A DNA stretch of 60,445 bases, the filler included, from Hausera hauseri (taxonomy: Eukaryota): assembly GCA_046269625.1 (NCBI GenBank). It is 12 parts of 12 records of this genome, joined end to end, with 100 filler letters (N's around TTAATTAATTAA, not from the genome) between each part and the next. Parts side by side here need not be neighbours in the genome. Positions count along the whole stretch, not along the records: positions 1 to 4,888 come from JBJURY010402590.1; positions 4,989 to 10,955 come from JBJURY010161088.1; 10 more parts are not named here. One strand, given 5' to 3'. The number at the start of each line of letters is the position of its first letter. The first letter of the stretch is position 1. The position numbers and the translations under genes were made by a program. The notes beneath the pieces were generated by a model. The model was not told the DNA's origin. It worked only from the letters and a program-made list of their open reading frames with translations, and made no database searches. This document shows, one piece after another, positions 1 to 11,055 of this stretch.

Positions 1-44
1 CCACTATGCCAATAATGACTTCCATGCCTAAGCAAAATCAAAGA

Positions 45-3000
45 TGCAGTTCATATGTGTATTGTACATGTGCAATATAGAACCCTCGGAACTGTCGTAA
101 TACTATGAGGAGCTATTATGGATACAAATTCAAGAGAATCCTCTATTATATTTTCCCAGTATGTGAGGCTGTATTTTATGGAGAATACATTAAGTTTTAC
201 GAAGATCATATTGCGCATATGAAAGACTTCAAGTCAAAGTCAAAAAAGGTCATCTTTAATGAGCAGCAGCCTGCTTTGGCAGCACAACCAGTTGTATAGA
301 CTGTTTTGGCAGCAAAGCCAGTTATACAGCTTGCTTTGGCAGCAAGGTCCGATGCAGGACTAAGACGCAGAGCAGCAAGAGATGCTCCATTAAAAGGCCA
401 AAAAGAGTGGTCAGTTGATGCGGCAGCATTAAATAGAAAATGGCGCAGATATGTTATTGACGCAACTGGTCAAACAACCCTACAAGATTTCCTCTTATAA
501 ACAAAGGACGAGACAGAGGGAATTCTTCAGAACAACATGGTTGATGTCAAAGCCTTTAAGGCCAATATGAAACTGGAGGGCACGTACATCAATGTTGATG
601 GCGAAGAATCTAATAGGGCCTTCAAGACCAAAAATAGGTCCATATTGGAAAACAACAATATAGTAGAATGGATGCAAGAGGCGCACGAGAAGCTGATCCG
701 TGAATCCGGGAAGAGCCAAGATAAGAAGAGCTGATAGACTCTGGCAACCATCAACAGATTGCTTGTGTATGTGCACAAGTACTCTCCCATGCCGGGTAGT
801 TCATATATTCAGTTCCCTGATTGAATCGCTAATAAAAAGGCATGCATCAATGTCCTTAATGATGACAATAAGTGTTTCATGTATGCCATTTTATATAAAC
901 TCGCACGGGATCAAAAACACGCAGCAGATCGAGTTTGGCTATATAATTATTTGCATCACAACTATGACTTTCAGTGTATTAAGTTCCCGCCATCCATAAA
1001 TGAAGTTAAGAAGTTTATTCGAATCAACAATATATCCATCAATGTCTTTGGATTGGATGATGAAGAAAAATTCTATTCCCTAAAGACATGTGATGCTGAA
1101 TTGGAAGATCATAGGGATCTTCTCCTACTAGACGACGGAGAAAAGAAACATTATGTTTGGATCAAGAACTTTGAGCATTTAGTCAGATCCCAAATTACGA
1201 ATGATCATGGACAAATAGAAATATGTAAACGATGCTTGTCCCATTTCAGCGGCGATGTAGCTGTATTGAAGCTGAAAGAGCACAAGATGCGCTGCAACAA
1301 CAATTATTGTATCAGGCCAGAATTTCCCAAGGAGGATTACATTGAATTCAAGGAGTTCGAGAAGAAGATAAAGGTCCCAGTAGTTATCTATTGCGACTTT
1401 GATGCTATTTTGCGTCCAGTTCAGAGTTGCAGTCCTAATCTCCAACACAGCAGCACAACGACATACCAATATCATGACCTATCATCATATCGCATGTGCC
1501 AAACGATTGGACAGTGAACCATATCTATTCAGAGGTCCAGGCGCAGCAGCATATTTCATGAAACGACTTGAAGATATGGCTCATAGGATTGGAGATATGC
1601 AGCAGCAGCAGCAGCATAAGGATAAAATGAGCATGTCGAAGCAGCAAGAAGAATGGCGCAAGGCAACAGCATGTTACTTGTGCTCCAAATCATTCACTAA
1701 GGAGAATCATAAAGTCTGGAATCATTGCCATTTTAGATGCAAATATTGGGCGCAGCATGCAACAAATGCAATCTACGTTGCAAAACATGTACATGTGCCT
1801 GTAGTGTTCCATAATCTCAGTCGCCATGATTCCCATTTTATTGTTCGGGAACTGGGCAGCATTGAAGGAAACATTGATGTGATCCCTAATAGTGAGAAGT
1901 ATATCACCTTTAGAAAGCATGTTGGTAAAATCCGACTTCGCTTCGTAGACAGCTTTCTTTTTATATGGTCTTCACTTGACAGTTTAGTGAAGAACTTCCC
2001 TGTAGAAAAACTCAAGGAGACGAAGCGATTCCTCCCCACTGCATTTGACATAGTCAAGAGGAAGAGTGTTTCTCTATGACTATATAACTTCATGGAAAAC
2101 AATGGATGAGACCTCATTGCCAGACAAAGAGGGCTTTTATAGCCAGCTGTCGGACTGTGATATCAGTAATGAGGACTACCAGCATGTCCAGATCGTCTGG
2201 CAGGCATTCCAATGCAGGACAATAGAGGAATATAGTGATATATATCTCCAAACCGATGTGCTGCTGCTGACAGACGTCTTTGAGAGTTTCAGTGATGTTA
2301 CAGTGGAGAGCCATGCATTGGATCCAGCTCATTTCTTTACGGCTCCAAGGATGAGTTGGGCAGCTACGTTGAGATATACGGGTCAGGCTGTAAACCATAA
2401 AGGATTATGACATGATCCTCATGATCGAGAGACATAAGAGGCGGAATATGCCAGTCCATTCATCGGTATAGTGAGGCCAACAACAAGTATATGCCAACAA
2501 CTTGTATTGATGGGCAATGAGCGCCCCCATTGCCATATGATAACTTCAAATGGGTCGAGAATCCTGAAAACATACTTATACTGGACCTGTATCCCACTGG
2601 AGATACGTGATACATACTGAAGGTGGATATGGAATATCAGGCTTCCATCCACACAAGGCATCAACAGCTGCCTTTCCTCCCTGAGAGCAAAAGACCACCG
2701 AATGGGGATTAGAAAAGTTACTATGCCATCTTGGAAATCGGGAAAGATATGTAGTTCACTACATAAATCTCCAGCAGGCGGTCAGGAATGGACTTCGTAT
2801 TACTAAGGTCCATAGAGCCCTGCAGTTCAGCCAGTCCATGTGGCTGCAGTCATACATAGACCTCAATACGAAGCTGCGAACCAACGCCAAGAACGACCTT
2901 GAGAAAGACCAATTCAAACGATATAACAACAGCGTTTTTGACAAGACCATGGGGAATATCCGCAACAAGATCAACATCTAACTGGTCTCTGAGTTGAAGC

Positions 3001-3678
3001 GGGTAAAGAAGCTCACGGCAAGCCTAACTTCCACAGAAGCACCATATATGATGAGAATTTGGTCAGCATCCATATGCTGAAAACATCCTTGCAATTCAAC
3101 AAGCCCATATATGTGGGTATGGCAATATTGGATCTATCAAAGACTTTGATGTATCAATTGAATTATGACATCATGGTCCCAAAGTTCAAGTCCATGCAGC
3201 TGATGTATATGGATACTGATAGTTTCATCTATCAGATTCAAACAGATGATATTTATCAAGACTTTGCCCAATTGGCCAAACATATGGATACCTCGGACTA
3301 TCCGAAACAACATCCCAACTATTCAATTGCCAATAAGAAAGTCCTTGGTAAATTCAAAGACGAGATGAATGGAGCAATCATCTCGATACTTCTAGGTCTT
3401 AGGTACAAAATGTAAGCAATTGATGTATGTGGTCAGATCAAAAAGAGAGCCAAGGGCGTTCAAAGGTCTACATTGGCCAAGAAGATCAATTTTGAGGACT
3501 GTGAGAGTTCTGCAGGAGCAGACTTACATCATATCGGAAATGAGAATGATCCACTTTAGGGATCATAACATCCATACAGTAACACTGCATAAGAAAAGCC
3601 TAGATAGGAATGGATGACAAGAAACAGATCCTGAGCGATGGAATCCATACACTACCTCACGGACATGTGGCATTGTAA
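45..3678 (+). pseudogene. Polinton/Maverick protein-primed family B DNA polymerase, degenerate (many stops and frameshifts)
   Basis: Fragments read in order: INNISINVFG, HYVWIKNFEHL, C-x2-C..H, VIYCDFD (exo I), CYLC..HCH (EndoVII-like insert), VVFHNL, RFVDSF, YLQTDVLLL, KPIYVGMAILDLSK, YMDTDS, GKFKDE, C-terminal DDK..LPHGH. 105..299, 306..500 and 537..734 share one frame. Confidence 0.93.
271..346 (+). repeat. 30-bp coding tandem repeat (~2.5 units, PALAAQPVV-like linker) in the pPolB N-terminal region
   Basis: ctgctttggcagcacaaccagttgtataga / ctgttttggcagcaaagccagttatacagc / ttgctttggcagcaag. Confidence 0.85.
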
Positions 3679-3818
3679 ATATTGTTATTCATTGTTAATA
3701 AATGGTGTATAGAAATATCGTGTTTTCTTCTTAATCAAGTAATGTGGGATATAGAATAAGGCCAAGTAAAACTAAGTAACTACTATATAGGTTAAGAAAA
3801 ACTAATTTCACAACACAT

Positions 3819-4350
3819 TTATTTAGTAACAATGTAACTTTGACATAACGCTAAACACTTTTTATATGAACAACGTAAACCATGTTCACGATAAATACAT
3901 GTACTGTTCATTGGTATAGCTACCAATTTGTTACATTCATATGCACATATTCGCAATTTTGGAAATGTGCTATTAAATATCTTCTTCTTTCGCCCATCAG
4001 CATGATCTTTGACATAGAACATGGATTCATTTATATCATACATATTCTCAATATCTCTCATAAGGAAATCTCTGAAAAACCGGTTAGTATATTCTTCCCA
4101 AGTCAGCTTATGATGGTGTTGTGTCAAATAAGCAGTTGGTGCTTGAGCCTTGTTTGTACAACAATGTAGTGTAGGCCTAAAAATAGCATAAATTACATGT
4201 ACTATACTAAAATTCACTGACACAAATACGTAATGTAGTGGCCGAAACATATTATCCACTGGCATTATATATAGCTCCTTTATGATGTATTCATTATTAT
4301 TATCCACAAATCCCTCCAAGTCAATTAAAACGACAGATATTATTTGAACA
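3819..4350 (-). CDS. Polinton accessory protein, DEDD-nuclease-like N-terminus with Cys/His C-terminus (start uncertain)
   Basis: VVLIDLEGF..YIIKEL..HYVF..HHHKLTW..FYVK..C..H..C..KC pattern; convergent with pPolB and downstream of the protease. Confidence 0.6.
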
Positions 4351-4385
4351 AAACATTTATTAACACAACAAGGTTTATAACAATT

Positions 4386-4720
4386 TTATGTACATTGGCG
4401 TCTAAGCCAATCCACACAATAATTCCCACATATAAATGTCATCGGATTTTGGTGAATAATATCATTGTATTTTATGAATTGCCGCATACGTTCCAATTTT
4501 GTCACCAGCCATTATAGGTAATACATCCCAAGTAGATCAAACACTTGAATATGATCTGGTGATACATATACTGCTATACAGTGTTCGCCTGGTAAATTAT
4601 CAGAATGTGTGTTAATCACATATCCTCCATTCAATAGTTAGTGCGGGACTTTGTCCAATGGATATACTCCACGGAAATTTCTGAGTCCGCCCAAGGCCTT
4701 TTCAATCTGAAATATATAAG
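4386..4720 (-). pseudogene. Polinton adenain-like (adenoviral-type) cysteine maturation protease
   Basis: Manual translation: FRGVYPLDKVP..YVINTHSDNLPGEHCIAVYV..VFDLLG..HQNPMTFICGNYC (H/D/Q/C catalytic pattern) with two in-frame stops; absent from the ORF track. Confidence 0.85.
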
Positions 4721-4785
4721 TCTAAATATAAAAGTCTATAAAAACATACTTCATATCAATATCCAACATTAATTACAGGTACTGT

Positions 4786-4888
4786 TTATGCAATAATTAG
4801 TCCATCTTTGAGAATTTGTATTTCACTATCGAAAACTCCATATACATACATTGTGACTGCATTGTCCAATGCCTTATGAAATCTTAAA
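4786..4888 (-). CDS. C-terminal fragment of Polinton major capsid protein (cut by spacer)
   Basis: LRFHKALDNAVTMYVYGVFDSEIQILKDGLIIA* resembles the Polinton double-jelly-roll MCP C-terminus and lies directly upstream of the protease. Confidence 0.65.
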
Positions 4889-4988
4889 NNNNNNNNNNNN
4901 NNNNNNNNNNNNNNNNNNNNNNNNNNNNNNNNTTAATTAATTAANNNNNNNNNNNNNNNNNNNNNNNNNNNNNNNNNNNNNNNNNNNN
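4889..4988. other. Artificial contig spacer 44N-TTAATTAATTAA-44N; also at 10956, 16459, 21222, 26089, 30543, 35295, 39512, 43721, 48818, 56072
   Basis: Identical 100-nt linker with stops in all six frames repeated 11 times; separate 10-N scaffold gaps at 41630 and 53321. Confidence 0.98.
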
Positions 4989-6913
4989 TACTTGTTATGT
5001 TTCATAATTTGCGTGGATATGATCTTCATCATATCTTAAAACATGAAGTAAGTAAATTCAATAGTTGGGAATTAAGTATTATTCCGCAAACAACAGAGAA
5101 GTTCCTAGCAATGAATACAATGATAAGATGTTCGGGTAAAAAGTCAGTTACTATTTGATTTCTAGACACTTTGCAGTTTCTACCGACTTCACTTAAGACT
5201 TTGGCTTCAAACTTAGACAACTACCCATTGACAGAATCGGCTTTTCCATCTGACATTATTAAGGAAAAGGAATTTTTCCATACACTGCTGCCAAATCTTT
5301 CAGTGACTTGCAGTCTATTTCTGAATTACCACCGAAATGGGATGGAGTTAGTGACAGTGATTATGAAGAAGCACAATTGGTTTGGTCAAAATACAGTTGC
5401 AATTGTCTGTTAGATTATATGTTGGTATATATGAAGCTCGACGTATACTTGTTAAGTGATGTCTTTAAACGGTTTAGACAGGAGGTTAAGTTGCAGGATG
5501 GTTTAGAAGCCGTTAACTTTGTCTTAATTCCAGGTTTAAGTTAATCAACAGCACTGTAAACCAGTCCTTGTAAGATTGAGCTTATACAGGATACTGAGGT
5601 GTATCATTTCTTTCAGTCGGGTATTTGCGGTGGCATGACTTTTGTAAATAAGCATAGGATTGTCTCTGATGAAAGCACCAGTCTTTTGTATATAGATGTA
5701 AATGATTTATATGGTTGGGCTTTATCACAACCTTTGCCATTTGCGAATTTGACTTGGATTTACCATGAGGACGTCTTGACCAGTCTGATCTAACAATTAC
5801 CTTTTATTGACTGTGTTAAGGAAAAACGAGGCTTAGTCTTTGAAGTTGACATAAGCATTCCAGCCGACAAGCATGATAAGTTGGACCAACTGCCTTTAGC
5901 CCCAATCAACCAATGTCCACCAGGTTCTAAAGTTAAGAAACTGTTGCTGACACATGAGCGTAAGTCCTACTATGTTGTTTACTATCGGCTCTTACAGTTG
6001 TACATTGAGTTAGGCGCTGTAGTTGAAAAGGTACATCAGGCTGTTGAGTTTGATCAATGCTGTCTTTAAGGATTACATCGATCTAAACACTGCTAAGAGG
6101 GCTAAAGCGAAACATCCTTTTGAAAAGCTTTTTTAAGCTCAAGAACAATAGCTTATATGGAAAAACGGTTGAAAACCTCTTAAAAAGGTCAAATTTGAGA
6201 CTGTGTAATAATGCTAGAAAGCTTATTACATATGCTAGTAAGGCCCAGTTTAAAGAGAGCATTCTTATAACCGATGATCTAATTGCTGTTCTTCTCGATA
6301 AAGACATGGTCACCTTAGATAGACTCTCACACATTGGTCAGGACGTACTTGATCTTTCTAAGTTGAGAATGTATGAGCTGAATTACATTGAGTTGGAGTC
6401 ATATAGGCAACAGTTCAATTGTGACCTTAATGTTGTTGCCGGTGACACTGACAGTTTCTTTCTTGAGTGTCGTGGAGTTGATTTGCGGTCTCAACTCTTA
6501 CCAGCAATGATAGCCAATGAACAGTTGGACACTTCGAACTATGACAAGAGTGATCCACTGTACTCGACTCGTTTCGCATCTGTAATTGGCAAATTTAAAG
6601 ACGAAAGTAAGGGCTGCGTTGAATATCAAGAGGCAATTTTCCTACGACCGAAATCCTATGCCCTCAAAACCCAAACCAAACCAGTGCTCAAATGCAAGGG
6701 CATCAATCTCAAACAGTCCGATTTGCAGTTCAGCAACTACTTACAAGCATATGAAACCGGTTGCAGCACCATGGTGGATCAGGAACAAATTGGAACCAAA
6801 AACCATCAGCTGATGACAATCCATTCGAGAAAAAGGCGTTGAATTCATTCGATGACAAACGCCAGTGGATAACAAAGAACAAAAGTGTCGCATATGGATA
6901 TCATTGTATATGA
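4989..6913 (+). pseudogene. Polinton pPolB (second subfamily), degenerate, 5'-truncated by spacer
   Basis: VMFHNLRGYD, FLDTLQFL, YMKLDVYLL, GGMTFV..YIDVNDLYGWALS, FKLKNNSLYGKT, GDTDS, GKFKDE, LRPKSY, DDKR..AYGY*. Confidence 0.92.
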
Positions 6914-7419
6914 TTATTGTATATATTTCATGTTAATAAATATTTCATTCTTTACCGTGTTTGTTTTATTAACAAGGTTTTTTAATCATTGTAAATACGT
7001 TTTGGTATTTTGATTATTTACAACGTTTTGTGAAGATTTATAACATAAAAAGGTTAAACACATTTATTATCGAACAAACCTATATAAAAATATTACAACT
7101 GCACCAGTAAGTGTACTACACACAAGTAAAACATTTCTATGTCTCTTTCCAAATTCATCTCTAATATTTGTCATTAATATCGATCGAACAACAAGTTCTA
7201 CATAGTCTTCTTTTGATAAAAAGTATTCATTCTCCAGTTCATTTAGAAATTGGACACAGTCTATTTTCCCACTGCATATTTCATATGTGAGCCTTTTAAT
7301 TTCAGCTTCTAAATCTATTTTGTAATTCTAATTATATAAATAATTTCGGATAACACATTAAAAATCATACCATTTGTCGTACTATTCCTTGAAACAACGC
7401 CATGCTATTAGCCCACCTT

Positions 7420-7773
7420 TATTTATACCCGACCACCAAAATTAAAACAAAATTTTTTGACACAAACCGACCAATCAGATTGCACCAAAATTAAGTGGGG
7501 GTGGGAATAGTGAAACCACGAACAGATCAGCTTTGTTCACAACCAAAATTTAAACAAAATTTTTGGCGCCAAATTCAAAATTTTACACGTACCTAAAAAC
7601 CATACAGTACGCTTAATTGTGTGTATCCACTTTGTGACTATGTGTCTCCTATCTCCGCCCTATTAACCGTGCATGTGTGTATCGTTTTTTCTACCCCATG
7701 ACTCATCCCAAAGCACATCAATTTTCCTTCCCTGGGGTGGGGGTCTGATCCAGTGCACTCCTCTCCTACTACT
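7420..7773 (+). mobile_element. Polinton terminal (TIR) region ending in ...CCTACTACT
   Basis: More GC-rich non-coding tract after pPolB, ending in the canonical Polinton 3' terminus ACTACT at 7768-7773, then an abrupt switch to an unrelated ORF. Confidence 0.75.
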
Positions 7774-9226
7774 TGCTAGAAGCCATGAATGATGAACGAT
7801 TTAAATTTCCTAAATTGATATCAGCAAGTCAACGAACGAGGCTTATAAAAGATACTTATGCCTCACTACGATGCGAACATGAGTGGAAGCCTAGGAACCC
7901 TACACAAAATGTGATGTCAGACAGCAATCCAAGAATTTTAATACAAAAATTCCGAACAGGATTTAGCGAATACCCAATATATAGACAAGTGGAGCCTCAA
8001 GGACACAACATATTTCAAGTGACCGTTCACAACAGCTCAGTTAGAACGGCCTGCAACCAACAAAACCCATCGACCAGCCAAGCTCGAAACGAAATGGAAA
8101 TAGTCCCCAAAAGAGCAACAGAAAGTCTGAAACCGAGTATCAGAGAAGTTCCAAGAGGACAAAAGACAAAAACTTCTTTTTTGGAGTACATTAGGAAGAA
8201 GAGAAGTAAAATCAGTAAGAACCTGAGCGAAGAAATGAAACCATCTTCTGGCCGTCTCACGCTCAACGAACAAGCAAACGGATGTAAGGAGGAACCCAAA
8301 AGGAAGGAAGCCGAAAATTACGACGAGATCCAGATGAGAACTGCCGATACAAAGCCCCGTAAGACAGAAGTAAACGTTCTTCGGAAGAATTGGGAAGAAG
8401 ATGAACCGATCATATTCACGGAATTTGGCCAAGTAAAGGAATATACCAGAATGCTCGTCATGGCCAAATATTACAGCAAAGGCAAGATCAAGGAAGCCAT
8501 ATTCTACGTATCCACTGTTCCTAGAAGAATCGTAAGTGTGAATGGATACGCTCGGGAGGACATAACCATTGGCAAATACTTAGCCCCAATATTACAGTCG
8601 AAAAACGGTACCAATAGATTAACCATTCCGGAAGATAACCAAGTCCGAATACAATTAAAAAGGTAATATAAGAAAACCGGAATACCACATTTAGACCAAC
8701 AAGATATCGTTGAATGGACGTTCGTCACCGTGTCAGATGACCCCAAGAAAAGCTCTATAGACCCAAAACAAAAACGACTACATGGATACTTATATCAAGA
8801 TAAAAAGGGACTAGTATTTGAACGAATAGAAGTCGACGAAAACCTCGTAGACATAGACGGAGGGGAGAAAGAAGAGTGCCCTGTTTGTGATGCCAATCTT
8901 TACCAAGGACTCGTGCTGTTGGATAATAAAGACTGTACCCACAAGTACTGCAGGTACTGTTTAGAAACATGGACCCTGAAAATGGGAAGACGACCTGCCC
9001 CGTATGTAGGACTGAGGCCACAAGACTGAGATACTACGCCAATGGGGAAAATAAAAAGATAGTGGAGATATTGTCCCAAAACCCACTACATCCTACCAAT
9101 TTGATCCGCAATCACCGCAAGAAGAATCGGATTCGGAAGCGGACCTACGTGGACGAATGAACCGGTTACGCGGCACCTCTTCTGACGCAATGGGCACATT
9201 CCAGAGTGCCGTTCAGGGAGGAGAAA
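7774..9226 (+). pseudogene. 3'-terminal ORF of an LTR retrotransposon ending in a C3HC4 RING finger (one in-frame stop at 8664-8666, frameshift near 8990)
   Basis: 7773..8666 and 8730..9029 are in frame; CPVC..CTHKYCRYC..W..TCPVCR; followed by PPT and LTR; homologous to 55785..56071. Confidence 0.75.
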
Positions 9227-9927
9227 TGTTATAGAGAGCTGAGAATCACAAATTGTATATATGTACAGTAAATTAAAAACGAAAGTGAAACTGAAAGCGA
9301 AAACCGAAAGAGAAACAATACATCATTGCAATTAAAATCAATTAATTTCTTGGATTATTCAGAGAAAAGACAGAAAATTTGCTAGAATTCCGCACACTAA
9401 ATGTCGAGAAAATAACTGCTACCTACGATTAATCAATATGAAATTGAGAAAAATTAGAAAGAATTAGAAATCTCTATTACCAATCCCGTATACAAATTAC
9501 TATATAAACGCAATGAAACAGTGTACAGTGTAGAACTGCATAGAATTCTAAACGTTTTATGAATCGATTGATACGGAAAAGGACTTGATTGTTATTTGAA
9601 TTTGCACCGTGAAAATTATTCGCTGTTCATTATCGGTATTGATTATTTATGTTATTAATAAAGTTTCTTTTTAAAGTTATTATAGTTTTTCGTCGCTCCT
9701 TACGAGGGACTTGTACTACACTAAAGATTAAAATCGTATTCAACTTTATAGTTAAGTCGAGAATTCCTAAATTACGCAAGGCACAGCACGCAGTATAAGC
9801 ATCATAAACTAGTGCAAATATTATAACGAGAACGGTAGGACTTATCTGCTTATAATTATTGTTCAAATTTAAGTTTCGATATTGTTATAGTTGGGTGTTG
9901 AATAGGGCCCACCTTCAACTACTAACA
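9227..9927 (+). mobile_element. 3' LTR (~700 bp) preceded by PPT (agggaggagaaa)
   Basis: TGTTA...TAACA termini; purine tract immediately 5'; end (gggcccacc...taaca) resembles the end of the LTR at 55125; no PBS follows. Confidence 0.75.
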
Positions 9928-9938
9928 TTTCGAATGAA

Positions 9939-10385
9939 ATGCTCGAAAAAGAACTAGGAAGCATACCGGTTAAGATTTTGGCAAAAAGTAATAAAATTCT
10001 ATTTTACGCTGAAGAAACGTTAAATCAAGACGTGAAAATTGAATGTCGCACCCTGCACACCAATCAAATTATAATCCTAAGAAAGAATAGTCAGAAAACC
10101 GAATGCAAATCATTACGACCGCAGCATAACAACATAATCCGAATCAACGCGAAAGGTAAAAACATTAAGACTATTACAGTACGAACTCTTGACAACAAAA
10201 ATGAAGTAATGAAATATAAAGATCTTATTACTCAAAATGCACTTACCACAAAGGGTTCCATTGAGCCAAACAATTTACCGATAATAGCTATATTTAGTTT
10301 GTCCGTTTTCGTTCTTGTCACATTAACGGCCATGATTTTCCTAGTTTCCAAAAATTGTAATAAACGCGGTGAAAATCGAAAGTGA
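9939..10385 (+). CDS. Hypothetical protein (possibly partial) with C-terminal transmembrane helix
   Basis: Open 148-aa frame; IIAIFSLSVFVLVTLTAMIFLV followed by a basic tail. Confidence 0.35.
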   Translation: MLEKELGSIPVKILAKSNKILFYAEETLNQDVKIECRTLHTNQIIILRKNSQKTECKSLRPQHNNIIRINAKGKNIKTITVRTLDNKNEVMKYKDLITQNALTTKGSIEPNNLPIIAIFSLSVFVLVTLTAMIFLVSKNCNKRGENRK

Positions 10386-11055
10386 CATAAACGGGTAAAA
10401 AGGTACCGAGACGAATTTTATGATAGCATAACCTGACAATTATAGATCAGTTTATCCTCTCATCAGACAGAGAAAATGTTTTGTTTCAAAACGATGATCT
10501 GTCTTAAGATTGACCTTTATTTTTATTTTAGCAGCGTAAGTATGGCCGAAAAGACGAAGAATTCAGCCATAAACTCCAATCGTAACATCGAAGATTTCCT
10601 ACAACAACATGTAGCAATCATCAAGCCACTACCTAAAAGTTTATATCGCCAAATTGGAGAGAATCTGAAAAACAAAACTTGCGCCGAAATTGATCAGGAA
10701 AGTAAAATACCAAATGGATTGAAATGTGGTTTTGAGGAAAATCGACTGATTGGGCTATACGCAATGCGAAGCCCTAGAGATGCACGAGCATACCTCTTGA
10801 GAGATATGATTCCATATGAACCGACACAAGAGCAATTGTACATACATATCGCTGATGGAGAAATTCAATGCAGGATCCTAGGACAATTCTGGAGCACACA
10901 AAATGGACAACAATGGAAATTTAGCACTTATGAATTATGTTGCTATAGTCTTATGNNNNNNNNNNNNNNNNNNNNNNNNNNNNNNNNNNNNNNNNNNNNT
11001 TAATTAATTAANNNNNNNNNNNNNNNNNNNNNNNNNNNNNNNNNNNNNNNNNNNN

